From the IMG/VR virus record IMGVR_UViG_3300042815_000289, positions 1 to 25,733 of that record: a stretch of 25,733 nt of DNA. One strand, written 5' to 3'. Of this stretch, positions 16,196 through 23,728 are shown in pieces. Below the pieces are notes generated by a model. The model worked only from the letters and a program-made list of their open reading frames with translations. It was not told the origin of the DNA and ran no database searches. The stretch's first letter is position 1, and each line of letters starts with the position of its first letter. Origin of the DNA: a virus (lineage: Duplodnaviria; Caudoviricetes). Made by a program: the position numbers and the translations under genes.

Positions 16196-18489
16196 GCTTA
16201 TATTTTGGAACGTTGGCGGGAACGGCAGGTTCTGCTGGCAGCACTGACGCCACCGGCTCTGCCGCTAGGTTTAATTATCCCTACGGTGTATCCGTTGATA
16301 CTGCCGGCAACGTTTTTGTGGCGGATGCTGCCAACCACACTATCCGCAAGGTAACTAGCGCTGGCGTAGTTACCACACTTGCCGGTACCGCTGGCTCTCG
16401 CGGCTCAACCGACGCCACTGGCTCAGCCGCTAGGTTTCAATATCCGATCGGCGTTTCCGTTGATACTGCCGGCAACGTTTTTGTGGCGGATTACAATAAC
16501 CACACTATCCGCAAAGTAACTAGCGCTGGCGTAGTTACCACACTTGCCGGTACCGCTGGCTCTCGCGGCTCAACCGACGCCACCGGTTCTGCCGCTAGGT
16601 TTTATAATCCCTTTGGCGTATCGGTTGATACAGCCGGTAATGTTTTTGTAGGGGATTCCGGCAACCACACTATCCGCAAGGTAACTAGCGCAGGAGTTGT
16701 AACTACTCTAGCTGGAACATCTGGATCTATTGGCTCTACCGATGGCACTGGCTCTGCCGCTAGGTTTTATAATCCCTTTGGCGTATCGGTTGATACCGCA
16801 GGAAATGTTTTTGTGGCTGATTATCCTAACCACACTATCCGCAAGGTAACTAGCGCTGGCGTCGTAACCACACTAGCCGGTAGCGCCGGCATTAGTGGCA
16901 GTACCGACGCCACTGGCTCAGCCGCTAGGTTTTATAATCCCTGGGGCGTATCGGTTGATACAGCCGGTAACGTTTTTGTGGCGGATCGCAGTGCTTGCAC
17001 CATCCGCAAGGTAACTAGTGCGGGAGTGGTTACCACCGAAGCGGGCCTATCTCTTACCTCTGGCTCCAATAATGGCCTAGGCTCTGCCGCTAGGTTTAAC
17101 CTTCCTGGCGGCATTGGCGTTGATGTCTCGGGCAACGTTTTTGTGGCGGAGTCAGGCAACCACACCATCCGCAATACCGTTTCATCCGCTCCTGCCACGG
17201 TCACTCTCTCTGGCCTGTCAAAAACCTATACTGGCTCTGCGCAAGCGCCCACCACCACCGTCTCCCCCTCTGGCCTTGCGATAGAAGTAACTTACGCAGG
17301 CACGGCCGCCAGCCTCTCAGCGCCCGTCACCGCTGGCTCTTATGTAGTCACCGCCAGCGTCGTGGATAATTTCTACTACGGCACAACCAGCGGGGTAGTC
17401 ACAATTAGCAAGGCCAGCCAAACAATCACCTTTGCCTCTATCCCTAGTAAGTTTGTCGGCTCTGGCCCCTTCACAGTTGCGCCCAGCTCTACCTCTAACT
17501 TGACTGTCGCCCTATCCTCCAGCAACACTGCGGTCGCCACTGTTTCTGGCTTTTCTATTTCACCTATCGGCGCTGGCACTACCACCATCTCGGCCACCCA
17601 AGCAGGCGACACTAACTACCTAGCGGCCGCTACCGTCACCCAAGTGCTCACCGCCACTACTGCGCCCATCGCGCAGACGATTGCCTTTGCTGCCCTCTCT
17701 CCACGTCGGGTTGCGTCATTAAAAGACGTCTACTCGGCCGCCTCGCTTATCGCTACCAGCACGAGTCTATCTTTTGCTGACGCCACTAGCGTCGCTCAAG
17801 CTAACGCTCGCTCTAACGGATCCTTTGCCTTAGTTGCGACAGCTTCCTCTGGATTGCCCGTCACCTTTACCTCCACCGTTACTGCTGTTGCTTCTATTGT
17901 CGGCAATATCTGCACACCCGTCACTCCTGGCGTAACCAACATCGTAGCCGCCCAAGCCGGCGACAACGCTTACACCGCAGCTTCCGCCGTTACCCAATCA
18001 CTCGTTATCGTGGAAAAGCAGTTCGCCTGGCTAGATCTGCGGTGGGAGCTGACCGATCTACAGATCGATGCCCGTACCCGTGCCGTTTCCAGCGCAAAAG
18101 GGAATGGGGCCGTGCTCACCATTCGCCAGGGTGACGCCCACGACCTAGCCATTTTCTTCACCGATCCAGCCGGGGCCGCCATCCTCATGGCTCCTTCCGC
18201 CCTAAAACTTTGTATTCGCGAAAAAACCAATCGGCGTCCTGTTATTTTGGAGACCACCGCCTTTACCCCAGCAGACTTTGGCGGCTTTGATCCGTACTAT
18301 CAAATCAGCTTTACCGCGGACAACGATTCACTTCAGCGCTTTGTCGCGTTTAACGGCGTGGCTGATAACTCCGACGCCATCCCAGCCATAGGCGAAGTCG
18401 AATGGACTTACGGCGGCAAGGTCTACAGCTCCAAACCATTTACCGTGAATATCGTTCCTGAAATCGAACGGGAAATATCGGACGTATAA
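16192..18489 (+). CDS. NHL-repeat beta-propeller protein with MBG/Ig-like stalk domains; putative virion adhesin
   Basis: Six 55-aa repeats (ARF..P.GVSVDTAGNVFVAD..NHTIRKV), then LSKTYTGSAQ..P..AGSYVVTA (MBG-like), two QTITF/ASSGLPVTF Ig-like domains and a C-terminal IRQGD domain; no signal peptide. Confidence 0.88.
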   Translation: MSLYFGTLAGTAGSAGSTDATGSAARFNYPYGVSVDTAGNVFVADAANHTIRKVTSAGVVTTLAGTAGSRGSTDATGSAARFQYPIGVSVDTAGNVFVADYNNHTIRKVTSAGVVTTLAGTAGSRGSTDATGSAARFYNPFGVSVDTAGNVFVGDSGNHTIRKVTSAGVVTTLAGTSGSIGSTDGTGSAARFYNPFGVSVDTAGNVFVADYPNHTIRKVTSAGVVTTLAGSAGISGSTDATGSAARFYNPWGVSVDTAGNVFVADRSACTIRKVTSAGVVTTEAGLSLTSGSNNGLGSAARFNLPGGIGVDVSGNVFVAESGNHTIRNTVSSAPATVTLSGLSKTYTGSAQAPTTTVSPSGLAIEVTYAGTAASLSAPVTAGSYVVTASVVDNFYYGTTSGVVTISKASQTITFASIPSKFVGSGPFTVAPSSTSNLTVALSSSNTAVATVSGFSISPIGAGTTTISATQAGDTNYLAAATVTQVLTATTAPIAQTIAFAALSPRRVASLKDVYSAASLIATSTSLSFADATSVAQANARSNGSFALVATASSGLPVTFTSTVTAVASIVGNICTPVTPGVTNIVAAQAGDNAYTAASAVTQSLVIVEKQFAWLDLRWELTDLQIDARTRAVSSAKGNGAVLTIRQGDAHDLAIFFTDPAGAAILMAPSALKLCIREKTNRRPVILETTAFTPADFGGFDPYYQISFTADNDSLQRFVAFNGVADNSDAIPAIGEVEWTYGGKVYSSKPFTVNIVPEIEREISDV
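16210..17175 (+). repeat. Six tandem 165-bp coding repeats
   Basis: GCCGCTAGGTTT recurs at 16261, 16426, 16591, 16756, 16921 and 17086, an exact 165-nt period. Confidence 0.95.
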
Positions 18490-18824
18490 TGGCCGCCACC
18501 TACGACATCACGATCGAGCAGGGGACGGATTGGACTCGCGACCTATTCCTGACCACCGCCACCCAGGGCGCGATTGACCTGACTAGCCGCACGTTTTCGG
18601 CCCAAATCCGTCAAATGCCAGGGGGCACCGTAGTTACGCAGATTGCGACCAGCGTAGTGTCGGCGGCCGGCGGGCAAGTGCGCCTTACCGTAACCTCGGC
18701 CGCCAGCCTTCTTGTTCCTACCAGCGGGGCGAAGTACGACCTAATCCAAGTCACTAGCGCTGGCATCGCCACCCGCCTACTGGAAGGCGTGGTGACATTA
18801 TCTCCTAGAATAACCGTGGCTTAA
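18489..18824 (+). CDS. Small Ig-like tail/baseplate-associated protein
   Basis: 111 aa: YDITIEQGTDW, IDLT..TFSAQIR, YDL and RLLEG.VTLSPRIT, a pattern common in phage tail modules. Confidence 0.7.
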   Translation: MAATYDITIEQGTDWTRDLFLTTATQGAIDLTSRTFSAQIRQMPGGTVVTQIATSVVSAAGGQVRLTVTSAASLLVPTSGAKYDLIQVTSAGIATRLLEGVVTLSPRITVA

Positions 18825-18830
18825 AAAATA

Positions 18831-18857
18831 CTTAACCCCTTAACCCCTTAATCCCTT
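18831..18857. repeat. Intergenic 8-bp tandem repeat (CTTAACCC) x about 3.4
   Basis: CTTAACCC CTTAACCC CTTAATCC CTT. Confidence 0.85.
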
Positions 18858-18863
18858 CCAAAA

Positions 18864-19832
18864 ATGAGCGATATTTACCTACAGATTACCGAAACGCCCA
18901 CCGTCGTTACACTATCCGCACCCGTTATCTCTGGGGCACTTTCATCTACCGTCACCGTAGCCAACACCGTGACCGTCGCGCTGGATGCAAACAGCCTGAG
19001 TGCGTTGGAAAATGTGACCGTGACTGTGGGTGCGGCCGTAAGCATTAGTAATTTTCCTTCATCGCAAGCTGTCACATTTTCAAACCTAGCCCTCACCGAC
19101 ACCCAACTCCGAGCAAGCGCGGTATCGATTGGCGGGACGGTAACGGTTGGGAACAGTCTAACGATCAGCTCGCTGCCTGCACTAGCCGCAGGGACGGCGC
19201 AGATTGGAAGTGTAACAGCAAGCATCAGCGGAACTGTGCCAGTAAGCGGAACGTTTTTCCAAGGCACACAACCGGTATCTCTAACAACTCTGCCCGCGTT
19301 AGTCGCAGGAACGGCGCAAATTGGAAGCGTCACGGCATCTATCTCTGGCACGGTGACGGCAAATCTTGCGCCTCAAGCCAACGGACCAATACTTGAAATA
19401 GATTCGTCAATCCCCAACGACCCAAAGTACGCTACCATTGTTGGAGGATTTGATACAGACGGAGGAGAGTTTAGGGCTTTAAGGCTTGGAAGTACGGGCG
19501 CAATTATTGTTCAACAACTCCCAGCCATCTCTGGCACAGTCACCGCCAACACATTTGCCTTGCAAGGCACGGCAGTCACCACCTCTAACTTTACCAGCAC
19601 AACGGCATCTACCGTGCTGGCTAATTACAATGCGACAAGGGAAGTGCTGACGATTTTTAACGAGGGGGCGGGTAATTTGCATATCTGTGCAGGGGCAACT
19701 TGCACCACGATCGCCTATCAGGTGCGTCTATCTGCAGGCGATTACTATGAAGTGCCAAATCATCAAACTAGCCTTACGCACTCTGCTGTATTTGCTACGG
19801 CTGGCACGGCTCGCGTGACGCAAGTTAGCTAG
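18864..19832 (+). CDS. Thr/Ser/Val-rich fibre-like virion protein with internal repeats
   Basis: 322 aa; LPAL.AGTAQIGSVTASISGTV occurs twice plus a partial LPAISGTVTAN; globular C-terminal domain (REVLTIFNEGAGNL...LSAGDYYE). Confidence 0.7.
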   Translation: MSDIYLQITETPTVVTLSAPVISGALSSTVTVANTVTVALDANSLSALENVTVTVGAAVSISNFPSSQAVTFSNLALTDTQLRASAVSIGGTVTVGNSLTISSLPALAAGTAQIGSVTASISGTVPVSGTFFQGTQPVSLTTLPALVAGTAQIGSVTASISGTVTANLAPQANGPILEIDSSIPNDPKYATIVGGFDTDGGEFRALRLGSTGAIIVQQLPAISGTVTANTFALQGTAVTTSNFTSTTASTVLANYNATREVLTIFNEGAGNLHICAGATCTTIAYQVRLSAGDYYEVPNHQTSLTHSAVFATAGTARVTQVS

Positions 19833-19841
19833 GAGTAGGCG

Positions 19842-20615
19842 ATGCCTTTGTTTTCGGCGGTCGCCCCGTTGCCAGTTAATCGGATTAAAAATAGGCTATT
19901 CGATCCAGACGCAAGAGCCTTTATTTCAACCGCTGGAATAACTGATCGAGTTGCAAAGGGGCAGATTAACGCCTTTGTGGTTGGAGTAAAAGCCCTTGGA
20001 CTTTACAATAATATGGTATGCTGGCCATTTCGATCCACGCAGAATGCTGAAGCTGGAACGACCGCATACAGCTTGGGTGGACTAGGAACTTACGATGGAA
20101 CACTAATAGGCTCACCAATACGAAATCCTGGAGGCTTGAATTTCTTAACAGGAAACAGGGCATCAAGAGTAAGCGTTTCGCCTTTCGTGCTTTTACAGCC
20201 CTTTTGTTTTTATTCTTGTATGTCTTTTCCAACCCCAACAGTTGCGGCAGGTGTTTTTGATGACAGCGCAATTAGCGCAAGGCTGTATAATTTTTCTTCA
20301 TCTGGAAAAATTGATATGGAAGCACCTAGCCCTACACTAACATCAACTGCATCTTTTACAAACTTACAGAAAACATTTATTAGCGCACAATATTCTGGAG
20401 CGACATCTGTAATAGGTCTAAATAACTCCACGAACACAGGAAACGCAGGGACTGGTGGCTTGGCTAATTTAATTATTGGAAATAATCGGAACCTTAATTA
20501 CTCGAACAAAAACTACGAGATAGCGTTTTGTATGTTCACAAATACAAGTAGCTTAAATAGCGGAATTTTTAATCTCTACAAAACCACCCTCGGTGTGGGG
20601 CTAGGGCTTCCTTAA
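19842..20615 (+). CDS. Putative lectin-like (ConA/LamG-like) virion protein
   Basis: N-terminal DPDARAFISTAGITD...INAFVVGVKALGLY helical module typical of aquatic phage tail proteins, followed by a beta-rich Ser/Thr/Asn domain; RBS AGGAG. Confidence 0.6.
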   Translation: MPLFSAVAPLPVNRIKNRLFDPDARAFISTAGITDRVAKGQINAFVVGVKALGLYNNMVCWPFRSTQNAEAGTTAYSLGGLGTYDGTLIGSPIRNPGGLNFLTGNRASRVSVSPFVLLQPFCFYSCMSFPTPTVAAGVFDDSAISARLYNFSSSGKIDMEAPSPTLTSTASFTNLQKTFISAQYSGATSVIGLNNSTNTGNAGTGGLANLIIGNNRNLNYSNKNYEIAFCMFTNTSSLNSGIFNLYKTTLGVGLGLP

Positions 20616-20740
20616 TGCCCCTCCTCCTCATCACCCTCTTCCTCTGCTCCTGCTCGCAACGGCCAGCGGAGAGCACAGGGCTGCCTAACTACGATATGAT
20701 GCAAGCCGCCGAGGACGCGGGCAAAACTCCTAGCAAATGA
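20615..20740 (+). CDS. Small putative lipoprotein (not in ORF track)
   Basis: 41 aa MPLLLITLFLCSCSQRPAESTGLPNYDMMQAAEDAGKTPSK; TAATG and ATGA overlaps; lipobox-like LCSC. Confidence 0.6.
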   Translation: MPLLLITLFLCSCSQRPAESTGLPNYDMMQAAEDAGKTPSK

Positions 20741-20910
20741 GCAAAGACGAACAAGCCTGCCAAGCCCTGCAGTATCTATTAGACGAGGGCTTCATCTCCC
20801 TAGGCTATATCGACGGCAAGCCAGCGGTCTATCTTACTACGAGCTTGTTAGAAGCAAGGAAGGCCATCACAAAGCTAGTATCTAACGACTCAGCAGATTG
20901 GTGGAAGTGA
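20737..20910 (+). CDS. Small hypothetical protein (not in ORF track)
   Basis: 57 aa MSKDEQACQALQYLLDEGFISLGYIDGKPAVYL...DSADWWK; ATGA and GTGA overlaps. Confidence 0.6.
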   Translation: MSKDEQACQALQYLLDEGFISLGYIDGKPAVYLTTSLLEARKAITKLVSNDSADWWK

Positions 20911-21167
20911 GTGCAGACCAGGTAGCGGAGCTGAGCGAACGACTGGCTCTAGTCCGAGAATCAATAGCCCGGATCGAGACCCGCCAGTCGGTAATTCTGG
21001 ATTTACTCGAACGCTCCCAGGCCAGTCTCGGCGAGTACCACGGTCGCCTAACTAACATGGAACGCGACGCCCACACGATAAAAACAAAACTGTGGCTTGT
21101 GGCCTTAGTATCCGGGGCAGTGGTAAGCACCGTCTGGGAATTGATTAAGCGTCGGTTCAGCCTTTGA
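20907..21167 (+). CDS. Coiled-coil protein with C-terminal transmembrane helix (lysis-associated, XhlA-like topology)
   Basis: GTGA start overlap; ERLALVRESIARIETRQ coil; LWLVALVSGAVVSTVWELI followed by KRR. Confidence 0.6.
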   Translation: MSADQVAELSERLALVRESIARIETRQSVILDLLERSQASLGEYHGRLTNMERDAHTIKTKLWLVALVSGAVVSTVWELIKRRFSL

Positions 21168-21170
21168 CAC
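21164..21170 (+). promoter_or_regulatory. TTGACA late-gene motif, copy 6
   Basis: TTGACAC overlapping the upstream TGA stop, 14 nt before ATG 21184. Confidence 0.5.
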
Positions 21171-21183
21171 CTCGTCTGCTGGC

Positions 21184-21348
21184 ATGGACATACTCAATAA
21201 CATACTGAATAACTGGCAGTCGTACCTCGGCGCCCTCTCGGCCGTACTTGTCGCCGCCATCGCAGTCGCTTCTCTCATTCCTGGCGACCAACCAGAGAAA
21301 TCGCTACAAGCCGTGGTCGATTTTCTGGCACGATTCTCAAAAAAATAA
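21184..21348 (+). CDS. Putative holin (not in ORF track)
   Basis: 54 aa MDILNNILNNWQSYLGALSAVLVAAIAVASLIPGDQPEKSLQAVVDFLARFSKK: one TM helix, an amphipathic helix and a basic tail, inside the lysis cassette. Confidence 0.55.
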   Translation: MDILNNILNNWQSYLGALSAVLVAAIAVASLIPGDQPEKSLQAVVDFLARFSKK

Positions 21349-21354
21349 CCACCC

Positions 21355-21522
21355 ATGATCGCCGGCATACTAACGGCGTTGGGCGGGATAATTGGGATCG
21401 TACTGTGGTTCTTAAAACGCAAATCGCCACTGCAACGCAACTTTGAGGCGATCGAACTTGAACGCAGGAAAAGACTGAGAGATATCGATGCGTGGTGGAC
21501 TAAACGCCCTCCTACTGATTAG
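21355..21522 (+). CDS. Putative inner-membrane spanin (Rz-like; not in ORF track)
   Basis: 55 aa MIAGILTALGGIIGIVLWFLKRKSPLQRNFEAIELERRKRLRDIDAWWTKRPPTD; N-terminal TM; 3' end overlapped by a lipoprotein gene. Confidence 0.55.
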   Translation: MIAGILTALGGIIGIVLWFLKRKSPLQRNFEAIELERRKRLRDIDAWWTKRPPTD

Positions 21523-21733
21523 CGCTCTAGCGCTCTGCAGCTGTGCCACGACGCAAACGCAAGACGGCCCGCCGCCTAGCCCGGACAGCATCAGCTACTT
21601 CATCTACGCCTGGGACAAAGCCGAACGCACCAATCCCCCGTGCCCACAGGCTTATCGAGACTTATTTGCGGAATCGCTCAAGGCGCTTTCTGACAGCTTG
21701 GCAGAAACTCAACGCGAGCGAGCGAGGCAGTGA
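21488..21733 (+). CDS. Putative outer-membrane spanin lipoprotein (Rz1-like)
   Basis: Signal MRGGLNALLLISALALCSC with lipobox, then Pro-rich GPPPSP; starts inside the upstream TM gene. Confidence 0.6.
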   Translation: MRGGLNALLLISALALCSCATTQTQDGPPPSPDSISYFIYAWDKAERTNPPCPQAYRDLFAESLKALSDSLAETQRERARQ

Positions 21734-22248
21734 CAAGCCTGGCGGAAGCTAGTTCCCGCACCTTGCGGGCGATTGATTCTTTAGACCCCAGCTTCCAAAA
21801 ACAGGTGAGGGGATGGGTGAACGAGATGGTCACAAGCCGGATCGAGCCGCTCATCTACTGCGGCCGACGAACTATGGAAGAGCAGGCCGCGCTTTATGCG
21901 AAAGGCAGAACGGCTGGCGGCCGGATCGTGACTAAGGCCAAACCAGGGGAGAGTTATCACAACTACGGCCTCGCGTTTGATTGGGTGCCGTTAAAGCAGT
22001 CAGGCAAAAACGCGGATCTATGGATCGCAGACTGGGACAACGAGACGGCTTTCCGCCTAGGCGAGCACGTTGGCGTATCCTTTGAGCTGGCAGCAATTTC
22101 TTGGGAAACTGGTCACCTACAGTCGGCTAAATACAAGAGCTGGCGTGACATCTCACGCAAGCCTGTGGAACAAGTGCAGGCCAAGGACATGCGCAAAAAG
22201 AGCAAGGCCACAAGCCTAGTCAGCAACCGGCCGTGGAGTTCACGGTGA
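21730..22248 (+). CDS. Endolysin, peptidase M15 family (L-Ala-D-Glu peptidase-like)
   Basis: GRRTMEEQAALYAKGRT...IVTKAKPGESYHNYGLAFD (SxH..D zinc motif) and WETGHLQ. Confidence 0.9.
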   Translation: MTSLAEASSRTLRAIDSLDPSFQKQVRGWVNEMVTSRIEPLIYCGRRTMEEQAALYAKGRTAGGRIVTKAKPGESYHNYGLAFDWVPLKQSGKNADLWIADWDNETAFRLGEHVGVSFELAAISWETGHLQSAKYKSWRDISRKPVEQVQAKDMRKKSKATSLVSNRPWSSR

Positions 22249-22559
22249 CGCCCGAACACGAGAAGCATCTGTCGGGCATTCTGCGCGATTTAACCAGGGA
22301 TCTGGACGCCAAGTACCGCAAAGGCCAAGACGAGCACGGTGGTGCGCTTTGGCGTAGGCCCGTGTGGAAGGATGCCTGGGACGAGATACTGGATCTATGC
22401 ACCTACGTCCACACGCTAAAAATGCAGCTATCCGTGATCGCGGAGATTGCGCTGATAGGTGCGGCTGACGAGAGCGTGGTGGCGGCACAATCGCGGGAAA
22501 GTTGCCGTCAGATCCTAGCCGTCCTAGAGGGGTTCCCGTCGGCCGCCGATAAGAAATGA
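22245..22559 (+). CDS. Small helical protein, possibly all-alpha NTP pyrophosphohydrolase-like
   Basis: GTGA overlap at 22245 (track start 22233); KY.KG..EHG...KDAWDEILDLCTY acidic helix motif. Confidence 0.4.
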   Translation: MTPEHEKHLSGILRDLTRDLDAKYRKGQDEHGGALWRRPVWKDAWDEILDLCTYVHTLKMQLSVIAEIALIGAADESVVAAQSRESCRQILAVLEGFPSAADKK

Positions 22560-23302
22560 AAGTAATCCGCAAGTGGAAACGGTGGCTGGCCGTATCGTGC
22601 AGCCACGGTCACCTAGCAAACGCGGCCGCTTGTAAGGCTGCGCTGGAAATGAAACGCCGGTGGAATCCAGACATGACTCTCCACCTGGGCGATTTTGTCG
22701 ATCTGTCAGGGCTAATGGGTAGTGCAAGGAAAGACCCAGACTCGCCCGAGCGCAGTTCGTCGATTCGTGAGGACTTTGATGCAGGTGTTAATTTCGTTCG
22801 AGAACTGGCGCCACGTTACATCTTTGAGGGAAACCATGAGCACCGTCTAACGGCTCTACAATACTCGCCTAGCGCAATCGTGGCTCACTGTTGCACCTCG
22901 GCCAAGTCGGAGATTTACAATATGTGCAAGGATCTAAAGGCGCAGTATGTGCCTTACGACATTGAGAAAGGCTGGCGCATTCTAGGAGGCACAGCGTTTG
23001 GCCACGGCTATATGTTTTCGGAATCCAGCGCGGTGCGTGATCATGTGGAGATGGTTCAAAAGCCTATCGTGATGGGACATCTACACAGGATAGATCGAAC
23101 TGCGGGCCGTAGTTTTGGCGCACCCGTGGGTTGGTCGATCGGTTGCCTAGCCGATATTCCCAGCATGCACTACGCCCGGCGCCAGCGGTCGGTTACCAGG
23201 TGGCAGCATGGAATAGCTTGGGGCGAGTATGTAGAAGGGGGTCAGGGATGCACGGTGAACGTGCTCTCGCCAGTAGGAGGCGTGTGGCGTTACCCAGTGT
23301 AA
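22556..23302 (+). CDS. Calcineurin-like metallophosphoesterase
   Basis: Motifs SCSHG, HLGDFVD, EGNHE, GHG and MGHLHR. Confidence 0.85.
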   Translation: MKVIRKWKRWLAVSCSHGHLANAAACKAALEMKRRWNPDMTLHLGDFVDLSGLMGSARKDPDSPERSSSIREDFDAGVNFVRELAPRYIFEGNHEHRLTALQYSPSAIVAHCCTSAKSEIYNMCKDLKAQYVPYDIEKGWRILGGTAFGHGYMFSESSAVRDHVEMVQKPIVMGHLHRIDRTAGRSFGAPVGWSIGCLADIPSMHYARRQRSVTRWQHGIAWGEYVEGGQGCTVNVLSPVGGVWRYPV

Positions 23303-23583
23303 AGTCAGATTGGGCGACTGTCCTAACGGAGTATGTCGCTGGGTATCGTCAGGAGGTAGTTCCCGATGGCTGGCTAACTAAAAAACAGATAGCCGAGCTG
23401 TGGGGCAAGTCGGCAAATTACGCCAACAAACTTTTAGCCTGCTTGGTTAAAGACGGCAGAGCCGAAAGAAAAAGTTATGTGATCCGCCTGCCTCACGTTG
23501 ATGCAAAGGGAAAGAAGTTTTTAGGCCACTGCCGCAAGGTACCGCACTACAGGCTGACCACAGGCAAAACGCCCAAAAGCTAA
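23284..23583 (+). CDS. Winged helix-turn-helix protein
   Basis: GWLTKKQIAELWGKSANYANKLLACLVKDGRAERKSY. Start uncertain; GTG 23284 preferred over 23131. Confidence 0.6.
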   Translation: MALPSVKSDWATVLTEYVAGYRQEVVPDGWLTKKQIAELWGKSANYANKLLACLVKDGRAERKSYVIRLPHVDAKGKKFLGHCRKVPHYRLTTGKTPKS

Positions 23584-23723
23584 CGTCTATTTTCTTTGGC
23601 CAGCTCTTTAACGAGCAGCGTGGTGATATATGCCGAAAGAGATAATCCACTTTTTTTGGCAAGACGCTCACCGTTCCGCTTAACTTTTGGGTCGATCGTA
23701 AGGTTTGTTTTCGCCTTCTTCAT
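23580..23723 (-). CDS. Ribbon-helix-helix DNA-binding protein, candidate immunity repressor (not in ORF track)
   Basis: 47 aa MKKAKTNLTIDPKVKRNGERLAKKSGLSLSAYITTLLVKELAKENRR: alternating strand KTNLTI, helix, G-L-S-L-S turn, helix. Confidence 0.8.
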   Translation of the reverse strand: MKKAKTNLTIDPKVKRNGERLAKKSGLSLSAYITTLLVKELAKENRR

Positions 23724-23728
23724 AGGGA

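Noticed and set aside
16210-17175. CRISPR array or DGR variable region
   Set aside because: The repeats are in-frame 165-bp coding units without unique spacers. No reverse transcriptase or template repeat lies in the window, and some variable codons (CAA, TGG, TCA) do not fit AAY mutagenesis.
18875-19351. 158-aa antisense ORF
   Set aside because: Mirror of a low-complexity Thr/Val/Ala gene.
23447-23671. 74-aa - strand ORF
   Set aside because: Different frame from the convincing RHH gene 23580-23723 and antisense to the wHTH gene.
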